From Octopus sinensis (Eukaryota), in NCBI RefSeq assembly GCF_006345805.1, contig NC_043000.1, positions 49,972,001 through 50,036,000 on the forward strand: 64,000 nucleotides of DNA. Reading direction: 5' to 3'. Each line of letters starts with the position of its first letter. Within the stretch, counting starts at the first letter, position 1. Position numbers and translations under genes: made by a program. Shown in pieces: positions 52,900-64,000 of this stretch. Under the pieces are notes generated by a model. That model was given only the letters and a program-made list of their open reading frames with translations. It did not search any database and had not been told where the DNA came from.

Positions 52900-55323
52900 C
52901 ATGCATGCACTCACATGGGAAGCACATGGTCCAGTGGTTTGGTGTTTTAATTCCCAGATTGGTTGTACATTGTGTCCTTGAGCAAAACACTTCATTTCCC
53001 ATTGTTCCAGTACACTCAGCTGTAAATGGGTAAACCTGTGATAGAACAGCCTTCCAATCAGAGGATAATGTTATCCTGCTTGGCTAGGCAGTAGGGTGGC
53101 ATCATTCAAAAAGCTAAAGCAATGCAAATCACATTGTAACCAGTGATCTATAACAACATCTGATAGTCTGGTCAATCATAGGAGAAAAACATACATATAT
53201 ATGCACATATTCACATATGCACACACACACCCATATATATACATACACATATGTGTATATATATATAATTTCTATGTACAGATATTATAGATATATATAT
53301 GCATGTGTGTATATAAACATACGTAGATGCACACATGCATTCAGACATAAATACATATACACATACATACACACACATGCATACATATGCACACAAGCAT
53401 ATTTACGATGGAAGCTGATCCTCCTGTCGAACCAAGGAAACTGTGTTTTGAGAGGTTTTCCTTCAATTATTGATTACAATAAGTCAGTCATAAATTCTGA
53501 CTTAAGTGTGACTGGCCATTGTATTTTCCTTTTTTCTTTTGTGCAACTTCAGGCATTATTTGAATTCAGAATGCATAGAGCAAAAACAGATAGTACCACA
53601 AGACATCTCATCCAATGCTTTAAGAATTTTGCCATCCCACTATCTTTGACTTGTTCTTTATTTGTTGATCCCTAAATGAGGAAAGGCAAAGTTGACTCAG
53701 GAAGCAGAGAGTCAGAAGAAATGCTACTAAACATTTTATCCGATATTCTGGTGATTTTGCCAATTTACCATCACACACACACACACACACACAGTTGTGT
53801 ATAGTAGCTGTTCACTTACTTTTGAATATGAACAACTTTTGCAAAAAATTGTAAGTGTAAGAAAAGTTAATGGTAAGAGTTATTAACTAAGTAAATAGTA
53901 TCTATAATCCAAGGTTGAAATATTAAGGAAAACATAGGTGATTAATTTAATAACCTACATTTCTAGAAGAGAAAAGAGGTCCAGCAGTCTTGGAAGATTG
54001 TGTGTATATAAGAAGGTGTCAGAGAAGATAAAGAAAAACTAAGTAAAACTGAAATGGAAGTAAGATATACGATAAGAAGGTAGGAGAAGAAAGAGAAGAA
54101 AAAAAACAAGGAGGGTGAGAGAGATAAAGAAAGAGAGAGATGAAGAATAAGGAGAAGACAGAAAAAGAGGAAGAGAAGTAAAAAAAAAAATGTTGTAAAC
54201 AATAACAAAAGATGATTAATGAACTAGCTGTAATGGGACTGCTTTGTGGTGAGGAGCTGGAATTAGAATATATACTGTAAACAAACCTGAAAATTGAAAC
54301 AAAGGGAAAATAACAAAGTAAAAAGAAATATAAAGTAAATATAGGTGAAATAGACAACATACTGATGTTAGACTAGTGAGGGTGTGTAATAGGTGTTAAT
54401 TAAAGGTAAGGTAAAATAAAAGAGTTCAGTCTAGGGAGAGATACACAGTGAACATAAATAGGCTATAGTAGTAAGGGCATTTATAAATGATTAAGTAAAA
54501 GCAGTTAACGAAGCAAATAAGTGAAACTAATTAGTGGATTTCTAAACATAATAGAAGATAGTTAAATAATATATACAAAACTCGAGTAATATAAGACAAC
54601 ATCAGGGTGTAAAGTATAGTAACAGTAAAAGGTAATGAAATAAAATATAGTAGTTAACAAAGGGAAAAAAATACGACAAACTAATTTGTTAAGTACTAAA
54701 AGAAATAGGTAATTACAAATTACCTTCCAGAAATGTATATCATTTCATTTGATTGCTTCTTTAATAATTTATGTCTAAACCCTGGATTACAGAAGCTGCT
54801 TAATAATTTTACCATTTTTGTCCTTTTTTTTTTACCTTTCCTTCCCTCCTTTCTTGCAAATAAAACTCATTTCAAGGACACTTACTTCTTGTTAAGCTAT
54901 CATCTCAACCATTGTGTCTACAAATTAAATTTATACAAATTAAAATTATACAGAAACAAAGACTGAGTATAATGGAATAATACAAAGAGATTGAACCAAT
55001 ACTCTAATATATAACGTATTTCATAAATTATTTATATGCCAACACCATTCCCATCAAAATAGTCTGACTGGGAATGTACACACACACTGACCCCAGTGTT
55101 TCTTCCATGCCCCAAAAAACACTACAGAAGGCATCTGATACCACTTGCAATACCATCTGAATTTTATCTACTGACAGAAAATGGTGCCCCTTCAACTTCA
55201 ATTAATTCTTTTGGAAAATTGCAACAAAATTACAGGGCTATAGACTAGCTTATGAAAAGCTTACTACAGCTCTATGGTGCTTCCACATTATATTTACATG
55301 CATTCTTATTCTTAACATAACCT

Positions 55324-55345
<22 letters not shown>

Positions 55346-55357
<12 letters not shown>

Positions 55358-55613
55358 TAAAAACAGTAAGATAACAAAAGAAAGAAAGAGACCTCAATAT
55401 TATGTAAATAGAGGAAATTTATCTATAAAATAACATGTTACAATTATTCAATAGTCAAGATAAAAGTCTGAGTTTCGGATGCCGAAGTGGAAATCCACAA
55501 CATCATCGCTTCGGTTTTCTGGCCGAAGAGATGGTGTTGTGGATTTCCACTTCGGCATCCGAAACTCAGACTTTTATCTTGACTATTGAATAATTGTAAC
55601 ATATTATTTTATA
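55346..55613 (-). mobile_element. PLE pLTR-like island in (TA)n with 91-bp fold-back arms
   Basis: Arms 55424-55514 and 55523-55613 with an 8-nt loop; contains CCGAAGA...CATCC-GAAAC-TCAGACTTTT, resembling the 49567 HHR and tail. Confidence 0.65.
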
Positions 55614-55696
55614 TATATATATATATATGTGTATAAAATAGAAATATCATTATTTGTAATTCTCTATAAAGGGGACTACAGCAGTGGCACTGGATA

Positions 55697-55938
55697 TAAT
55701 TAGTTATCACCAAGCTAACATGGCAGTACAAAAAAATAGTATGAATGCTGCCATTGATTAGCTCCAAGAGGCCATCGCCTCTAGCTAGCTATGTGACACA
55801 GGACAAATGCTGCCGTTGATTAGCTCCAAGAGGCCATCGCATCTAGCTAGCTAGAGACAATGGCCTCTTGGAGCTAATCAACAGCAGCATTCATCCTATT
55901 TTTCTGGACTGCCATGTTAGCTTGGTGATAACTATTAA
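55697..55938. repeat. Fold-back element with an internal ~50-bp direct duplication
   Basis: TAGTTATCACCAAGCTAACATGGCAGT...AGCTCCAAGAGGCCAT...CTAGCTAG mirrored; AATGCTGCC...CTAGCTAGCTA is present twice on the left. Confidence 0.85.
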
Positions 55939-55945
55939 TATATAT

Positions 55946-56092
55946 ACACTCTCGGAGTGGTTGGCATTAGGAAGGGCATCCAGCTGTAGAAACTCTGCCA
56001 GATCAGAATGGAGTCTGGTTTGCCAGACCTCAGTCAAATCTTCCAACCCATGCTAGCATGAAATGCAGACGTTAAACGATGATGATGATGAT
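55946..56092 (+). mobile_element. RTE 3' tail fragment with (GAT)n
   Basis: CGGAGTGGTTGGCATTAGGAAGGGCATCCAGC...CCAACCCATGCTAGCATG. Confidence 0.85.
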
Positions 56093-56855
56093 ATATATAT
56101 ATTCTTAGTCCTTTCTGGATATTCACCCACTCCTGCCAACAAGACCACTGCCAACCCCTTTCAGTGACTGATCTGTTCTCCTCTGCTGGATGATAAACCT
56201 ATATCATTTGCAGATCTGAAACATCCATGTTTTAGTTAAACTACCACATTATCTTAGGTTTAGGTTGTTTGGGCAGAATACCAGCATTGTATTATCATAA
56301 GGTGACCTTCTAATAACATGATTGAGTTGCTTTATCCATTTCTTATTATTATGACAGTAATGGTGAATGTCATGTTAAGAGCTTTTGTTATGAAAGTATA
56401 TCTATGTCTGTCTCATAACAATATCTGAAGTTCCTTTGGGATATTATTATAAGACAATTCATAATATATAAATCATAGATACAAAATTTCAGAAACTTCT
56501 AGTTTTCATGTATTGTCACATTGTAGTCTTCATGTTTAATAGAGAATAAGGGTGTTGACTAATAGAGCTTCTAGTTGGTTGCTAACCTGCCTGTTACAGA
56601 TCATGTTTCTTAGTCTTCCAAGTGCTGCAGACTCTAGTGAGACCTGTTTTACATACATTTTCTGATCCATTTGGTACAATTCAACAGGGAAATACAGACT
56701 ATTGCATGTCTATCTGAGAATCATCCATTTAGATCAATTGCTTTCACAGTGAGAGAAGTTTGCTCTACATGTCATTTATATCCATACTGTATATTTGTAA
56801 AATGCTTCATTTAGTTTAGTAGATATTTTCAATTTGTAAATACCATAGGATGTTA

Positions 56856-57095
56856 CGGTTCTATTTTTACATTTGATGGATACTTCTCCTCAGTTTGTTT
56901 GTTGTTAACACTACTTTTCGGCTGATATACCCTTCAGCCTTCATCAGGTGTCTTGGGGAAATTTTGAACCTGGGTTCTCATTCCTAAGGCATTTTTCAAT
57001 ATTATTATTATTATTCAGGTCACTGCCAGGAATCGAACTCAGAATCTTGGGGTTAGTACCTGCACTCTTAACCACTATGCCATATGCCTGTGGGC
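56856..57095 (-). mobile_element. Family H element: tRNA-like head, (AAT)n, hammerhead, 3' tail
   Basis: Minus strand: A-box TGGCATAGTGG, B-box GAGTTCGATTCC, (AAT)5, then the HHR at 56907-56952. Confidence 0.8.
56907..56952 (-). ncRNA. Minimal type-I hammerhead ribozyme, nearly intact
   Basis: GACAC-CUGAUGA-A-GGCUG-aaggguauau-CAGCC-GAAA-a-GUA-GUGUU; only C15.2 is altered. Confidence 0.75.
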
Positions 57096-57116
57096 AATTT
57101 TAGGGGTTATAAATCT

Positions 57117-57283
57117 AATAACCTGAATAATAATAATATCAAAAAATACCTTAGGAATAAGAACCCAAGTTCGAAATTTCCCCAAGATACCCGATGAAGG
57201 TTGGAGGGTACATCAGCCAAAATATTGTGCTAACAACAAACAAGACGAGGACAAATATCTGTCAAATGTAAATAATGTAAATA
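57117..57283 (+). mobile_element. Inverted, headless second copy of family H with a degenerate hammerhead (57186-57231)
   Basis: ACCTGAATAATAATAAT...CCCGATGAAGGTTGGAGGGTACATCAGCCAAAATATTGTGC...GTCAAATGTAAATAATGT. Confidence 0.8.
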
Positions 57284-57587
57284 GGATGTGTTGCCACCAT
57301 ATCTGATATTTATGGAGAGTGTACCAGAGTGTGTCAGAATTTTATCCAAATCTTTCAGTCATTTCATAGCAAATTTTAGGAAGATATTGAAAGGATTGGG
57401 AACTGCAGCAAGTTTGCCCGAGACCCACATATGCTTCAAAACGATATCAGATGATTATTCATAACCATAGCACATTGTTATTATTGCATAGTGCCTCTGT
57501 AGTTCATACAATCCTTGGATCTATACTTATTGCTGTCATCACCTTCTAGCTAGTGCTGAAGGATGCTTTAAAATCTATTTGCTCAAA

Positions 57588-57822
57588 TGAAGGCAGCGAG
57601 CTGGCAGAAACGTTAGCACGCCGGGCGAAATGCGTAGCCGTATTTCGTCTGTCATTACATTGTGAGTTCAAATTCCGCCGAGGTCGACCTTGCCTTTCAT
57701 CCTTTCGGGGTCGATAAATAAAGTACCAGATACGCACTGGGGTCGATGTAATCGACTTAATCCGTTTGTCTGTCCTTGTTTGTCCCCTCTATGTTTAACC
57801 CCTTGTGGGCAATAAAGAAATA
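57588..57822 (+). mobile_element. Young SINE family C with a 12-bp TSD
   Basis: TATTTGCTCAAA at 57576-57587 and 57823-57834; B-box GAGTTCAAATTCC; CpG-rich. Confidence 0.92.
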
Positions 57823-59494
57823 TATTTGCTCAAACAGCACAACTGTGTGCTTTAGAAACTTTCTGATAACACCAAGAGTTTGTGTATCAGTGTTCAAATT
57901 TGGACATGGCCTGCTTACTTAGATGGTAGACTTAATCTATCAGCCAGTTTATGTACTTCTAAATTCAACCCCACAGCATGCCAACTTGAGCAAGTGCCTT
58001 CTACATAGAGAAGTCTTGTGAATGTGTTTGGTGGCTGAAAACTGAAAGAAATTTGTTGTATGTATGTGTGTGTGTGTGTGTGTGTGCGTGTGTGTTTGTG
58101 TGCGTGTGTGTGTGTGTGTGTGTGTCGGTCTTGGACTTAACATCACTCAACAGTTGTAAATAAACATCATTGTGATATGAACAATGATGTTCATTTTTAG
58201 TCTGCAGGGGGCAATACATCTTATCATCAGAAAATATTACTTTGCTTGGAAATAGGTGAGGGTTGGTGACAGAAAGAGTACCTGGCCATAGAAAACTCAA
58301 CTCTGCATCTATGAATTCCACCAGACCTATGCAAGCATGGAAAATTGAACAACAAAAAGTCAAGGATCATGATCATGATGATGTATACTTTGGCATAGAG
58401 CCTTTAGATTTAGAGGGTAGAGAAAATGGGTATTTCTGGCATTCATATCGGTGTAAAGGTTTACCATATATAATAAGTTGGGCCATTGAAAATGGAAATT
58501 GAAAGTGAATCAACTCCTCTGCTGCCAAGAATCTACCACTGATAGGGACTATTAATATGATGCTTTGATATAAATATTTTAATGCCTGAGTAGCACAGAT
58601 GTAACAAGACCCAAATAGATACGGGTATTTCATGAAAGAAATTTAAAAAGCAACAGTTCAACTCATGGGGACTTGATGATAATAATGGATTCTTTATAGA
58701 CATTTAGATGCAAGAGAATAATAAATTTTTTGTTTTAAATATTAATGAAACAATATTGAAATTATGAGCAGCAGATGAGAATTAATGTATATGAAATCGA
58801 TTGCTAGGTTGTAGAAAGATAACTTTGTGAATTGGTAAATTATTGGCAAATTGGTAGATAGCCAGATTGTAAACTTATAACATACAGATGAATAAACAGT
58901 GGTATTCTAACTAACTTCCTGGAGGTTTAATAACAAATTCCAGTCACCAGTATAATTGGCAATAGATACAGATGGATGAGCTTTGAGAGAATAAATGATA
59001 ACAATTGGTGAGAAAATAATTAGCAAACAAATGAAAACAACAACAACAGTAATAACAACAATAGTTTCTTAAGAGCAAGAATTGATAAGCAAAAGATAAA
59101 GATAATGAACAATTAATTAATGTCAAATAAATTTACTTGATGAATTCAGGAACTGATTTCAGTAAACATTTCTCTGTCATCAAGCTGACCTACAAGAGAA
59201 AAGTCTCCTATATTATATCATTAGTTTCGATGATTGATTTCATAGAAAAGTTATTTGGATATGACAAATATTTGGAGTTTATGTAGAAATAATAAGAGAA
59301 ATAACATTTAAGAATTATATTTAGCCAAAAATAGCCAAAACATTTTGTTTATAAGTATCACATTAACCACTCTATGAATTTTTATAAACTCTTTTAAAAA
59401 TCACTGTGTGAATCTTAAGAAAATATTAATAAAACTTTTTTCCTAATTGAAATTTAATTGAAATCAAATCCTGTACAAACTTGTCTTGCTACAA

Positions 59495-59545
<51 letters not shown>

Positions 59546-59879
59546 CTAATAAAAAATGAAAAAATAAAAAATCAACATTTATGGATGTGTGTTAAAGCAA
59601 CATAACTTGATTTCTCTGACCAAAGAGAGCTAGTTGAGTAGTTGTGGTTTCTAAACAGAGCCAGGCATCCAAACTTAATCTGTACTAATTGGTCATACAC
59701 GTAGTTGAATTTAATCAAGACTGCCAATGAATCTATACACTGCATGTACAAACCTGGACTGATCATCTGAAGAAGACTAGCAGTCGCTGTTGCAAGGAAG
59801 TCCCCCCCTCACTATCCATCTTTCTTCTCTAACTACTATTCCATAGAGGATCACGAGAGAAGTGTCCTCAGGGACATAC

Positions 59880-60420
59880 ACCATAGGGTCCTATCGGAAG
59901 CAACAGTCCATTACATTCCATCTGAATTTCCAAGCATAAACCAACTGAGATTATGGATATTATTTAGTGCCACTTAGCTTGGCCTGAAGAATCTCTTTTG
60001 TGATTCTTTCCTATGACATTCTATTCACATGTTTGTAGTACTGGAGTTATGACCTCTCAATGGAGTGAAGTAGTGGCTCTAGTTGAAGATACTTCCAAAT
60101 CTCTGAGCTACACTACCTGTCAAGTAACATTACCTAAGATGTTTTGCAGAAGCATCCTATTTCAGCTACCTGTATTTGCAATCATACTCTTTTGGTCATT
60201 ACCCAACATTCATGGCCATAGGTGAGGACAGGCACAAAATCCAAATTGAAGATAGTGAATTTGACTTTTCCACCTCTCCACTTCTGAGGATCGAATACTG
60301 GAGCTGGTGCATGTAACTAAAGTTCTAGCATTCCTGTTTCTCATCACTCATGAATATGGTCCTGAAATACTTAGATTTCTCCATTATACCACAGATATTT
60401 ATCCAAAAAGACAGACCACT
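59880..60420 (-). mobile_element. Degraded RTE (Expander/Rex3-like) 3' coding fragment
   Basis: Minus strand: VPVLTYGHECWVMTKRV*LQIQVAEIG...LEPLLHSIERS*LQYYKHVNRM. Confidence 0.75.
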
Positions 60421-60524
60421 CACTTCGGCTAATACAGCTTGGCCCTAGTGTTGTTGCAGACATTGCTTTCAGAATACAAAGAACCAAAGCAGACAGTGCA
60501 AGAATCTTTCTTGACCCTTTAAAT

Positions 60525-60897
60525 CAGTCGTTCATAAATATTTTTTTTACCTATGGATCCCTTTCATTTCTCTTTTATTCTGCCATTCACTGTTTAAAAA
60601 TTAGTTTTATAGGTACTTCTTTCAAAATTCTTATTTTGTTTTTCACACAATCAACCATGTAGGTCTGTACTCTATAAGAGAATGTGTTTTAGTGGCTGGA
60701 AACATATAAAGCTATGTAAAATGTTAGTGAAATAAACACACTTATTTATTGTAATAAATTCATCTAAAACAAATATTTTTCATGAACCCTTAGAATACTA
60801 GTGTGAATTCCCAATTTACTATTTTATTTGTGCAGACCCCACCAAAATCTTATACGGTGCACCCAAGGGTCATATGGACCCTGGTTGAGAACCTCTG
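60525..60897 (-). mobile_element. hAT-type MITE, same family as 3659-3992
   Basis: Ends GGTTGAGAACCTCTG; flanking 8-mers CTTTAAAT / TTTTTAAT (6/8). Confidence 0.72.
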
Positions 60898-61429
60898 TTT
60901 TTAATATTTCTACCAATCTACTGTCCTGGATTGATAACCTTTTACGAACCCATGAATGGATAAATGGTAACATTTACCTTGACAGGATATGAACTCCCAA
61001 CAACGGGAATCACAACAAATGCCATATGACATTCTACCCAAAGCTCAAACAGCTTTGAAGATTTGCTACTTATTATCTGATTCTTAAAAACAATCATTTT
61101 AAAACTAAAACTAACTGAATCAAATTAAGCCAATCCACAGAGCTTAGCTAGGTGAACTTTGTTTAAAAAGCAAATATTTATTTGATTGTAAAATAATTTA
61201 ACCCATAATTGGTCCTAAGTATTTTCATAAGTGTGTCCTCAACGTCCACACTTGTTTTCAGACTTTTAGGTAGCTTGTTTTACAAATGCTTTGAGTGATA
61301 TAAAGCTTACCTTTCATAAGTCCCAAGTTACTGTGGTGGTTGAAAATAATTGGGAATGTGTATCATATACGATACATGGATATCAGGGAAATATGTTCAG
61401 TGTGTCATGTGTGATACGCAGAAAAGGAA

Positions 61430-61675
61430 GAACAATATGTGTGTGTATGTGAGTGTCTTTTTCTCTGCGTTTGTCTTCTGCCATCACTTGACATCTGTTG
61501 TTGGTGTGTTTACATCTCCATAACTTAGCAGTTTGGCAAAAGAGACTGTTAGAATAAGTACCAGGTTTACAAAGAAAATAAATCCTGGTGTCAATTAGTT
61601 CAATTAAAATTCCTCCAGGCAGTACCCCAGCATGGCCACAGTCTATTGACTGAAACAAGCAAAAGATAAAAAATT
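61430..61675 (+). mobile_element. SINE family A, 3' half (old)
   Basis: TTGGCAAAAGAGACTGTTAGAATAAGTACC...CAGCATGGCCACAGTC...GACTGAAACAAG. Confidence 0.75.
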
Positions 61676-61759
61676 ATATGTGTGTGTGTGTGTGTATGGA
61701 GGTGATGACAAGTGACTGAGACCTTTGGAGATATGCAGTGCTTGAGAAGACTTGTCAAA

Positions 61760-61952
61760 CCGGTGGCACATAAAAGGCATCCATTACACTCTTGGAGTGG
61801 TTGGCATTAGGAAGGGCATCCAGCTGTAGAAACCAAGCCAAATCAGACTGGAACCTGGTGCAGCTCTCTAGCTTACCAGTTCCAGTCAAACTATCTAAAC
61901 CATGTCAACATTGAAAGCAGACACTAAATGATGATGATGATGATGATGATGA
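61760..61952 (+). mobile_element. RTE 3' tail fragment with (GAT)n
   Basis: CCGGTGGCACATAAAAGGCA...GGAGTGGTTGGCATTAGGAAGGGCATCCAGC. Confidence 0.8.
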
Positions 61953-62908
61953 CGGCAATGATGTCAACGACGACAAAGAGAGTAGGGGAGGGGGACGGTA
62001 GGTGAGGGTAGGGCAGGTGTAGGATGAGAGGGGGGTTGGGGTAGGATGACGGTAGGAGGAGGGGGACAATGATAATATTGGTGATGATTATGATGCCGAT
62101 AGTTGTCCAAATGGCTGGCAATATGAATAGCTGGTTTACTGACGAGCTATCCTGGAATTCCTGAACCATAGCAGTCAACAATGTGGATGAGGATCTTGAT
62201 TTTACAAGGGAGATGAGCGAAGGCTGTGGTGAGGAAGTGGAAGAGAAGGATAGAGAAAAGTAGAGAAGAGTCGTATATTAAGAAGCTCAAGTAACCTCAA
62301 CTGACCTTGTGTGTTAGTCAAGATATATTAATAATAAAAGGATTTTTGATTCAGTTTGTCTACTGACTCTGAAAAGAAATACCAGAATGGTTGACCATTT
62401 CCTTCTTATAGCCAATGTATATCTTTAAACCTTGCAATGTGGCTATCAAGCTACTCTTCAATCATGCATTTCATTTTCTCTTTCCCTCCCTATGGTACCA
62501 ATCTATATCTAAATGAACTATATTTATGAAGTTTTAACTGTCTTAGACAGAGACTAACTGAACCAAACTAGTTTCAGGGCAGGATATGAATGTATATAAT
62601 TTTAAACAACCAGTTCAGCCAGCACTGTACCACATCATGAAGCTATTACTATTAGAAATATAAAGTACATATTTCTGTGCAGCAATCAATTCCGAAATAT
62701 GATACATAAACCATATATAAAGTGGCTCATAAACCATATCTAAAGGGAAATGTTTAATGAAAGACATCATAAATCTCGTGCAATATTATGTTGTAATTCT
62801 GTGCTGTAGGGAACATGTTTGCGCAAGATGTAGTATTGTGAAAGCAGTTATGAACATTGAAAAATTTAGTACATTGAAAAATTTAGTAAATATTAAGTAA
62901 ATATTGTA

Positions 62909-63074
62909 GGCGCAGGAGTGGTTGTGTGGTAAGTAGCTTGCTTACCAACTACATGGTTCTGGGTTAGGTCCCACTGCGTGGCACCTTGGGCAAGTGTCTT
63001 CTACTATAGCCTCGGGCCGACCAAAGCCTTGTGAGTGGATTTGGTAGACAGAAACTGAAAAGAAGCCCTTCGTA

Positions 63075-63114
<40 letters not shown>

Positions 63115-63334
63115 TGTGTGTGTTTGTGCGTCTGTGTTTGTCCCTAGCATTGCTTGACAACCGATGCTGGTGTGTTCATGTCCCCGTTACTTTGCGGTTC
63201 GGCAAAAGAGACCGATAGAATAAGTACTGGGCTTACAAAAGAATAAGTCCTGGGGTCGAGTTGCTCGATTAAAGACGGTGCTCCAGCATGGCCGCAGTCA
63301 AGTGACTGAAACAAGTAAAAGAGAGTAAAAGAGT
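62909..63334 (+). mobile_element. Full-length young SINE family A
   Basis: Complete head, internal (TA)n(TG)n, CAGTCA-AG-TGACTG hairpin, GTAAAAGA repeats. Confidence 0.92.
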
Positions 63335-64000
63335 ATAGCATTCAGTACTGCCTCATAGAGATGGAAAGTGTTGTGTTAAAACATTATATTAAAAAGATAA
63401 TAAATAAATAAATAAATACATGAGTAAATATTGTTGTATGTATTTTATATATGTATATCATTTTTCAACTTTGATTTATAATTCGTTGTATATAATGATT
63501 GTTAAAGATGTACATGAACATTAAACAAACATACACATTCACATACGCACAGACATAAGATTAAACAACATGGAACTTTAAGCAAATAAATTACTTAGTG
63601 GATGTTTTAACTTCTTTGTATATTTTCAGCTGACAAAAGCCTTTGTGTGTGTCTTAACAGACTGGCCCTAACATAAAAAGAAGAAAAAAAACTTTAAAAA
63701 AAAGTAGAAAAAAAAGAAACAAAAACCTATAAGTCAAGAATTTCAACCCTTAGTTACACAACCAACAAGAACTAAAACACACCAACTACCACAAAACAAA
63801 ACAAAATAAATTGCTTCATATATATATATTTGTATATATATACAAAAAAAAAATATATATATATACACACATGATAAACCCAGACCGGTAAATTCCTAAG
63901 CTATTGGCTTTAATGATAAACTATACAAGAATGCAGTGAAAAGAAACAGACAAGAATAACAAAGGTAAGAAAATTTGTTTTTATTGCAAATTTCTCCATT

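Noticed and set aside
53960-54720. Purine-skewed stretch as a LINE or coding relic (also 2400-2900, 3270-3640, 4060-4400)
   Set aside because: The strand asymmetry suggests ancient retroelement decay, but no diagnostic motif could be read
58263-58633. ORFs 58263..58502 (+) and 58373..58633 (-)
   Set aside because: The first half overlaps an RTE-tail repeat; no recognisable domain and weak splice signals

Overview
AT-rich, microsatellite-saturated eukaryotic DNA. The repeat landscape resembles a coleoid cephalopod, probably Octopus; this is inferred from SINE/LINE types and simple-repeat load, not from a database hit. No host protein-coding gene is confidently identifiable, and almost all listed ORFs are translations of (TA)n/(CA)n/(AAT)n/(GA)n arrays. 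The window is intronic or intergenic TE debris. It holds a young 5'-truncated RTE LINE with a PHD finger inside its RT, a young CR1-clade fragment inserted in (TA)n, and an R4/Dong endonuclease fragment. It also holds several old RTE 3' ends (one with three C2H2 fingers), two Penelope-like (PLE) ORF relics, at least four tRNA-derived SINE families, hAT- and piggyBac-type MITEs and a probable Helitron derivative. The two most interesting signals are: (1) minimal type-I hammerhead ribozyme (HHR) motifs, one family of which sits behind a tRNA-type Pol III promoter (a SINE/retrozyme-like element), and (2) repeated fold-back palindromes next to (TA)n tracts, including a perfect 284-bp palindrome. 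All alignments and translations were done by eye; boundaries of old elements are approximate, and novelty could not be checked.
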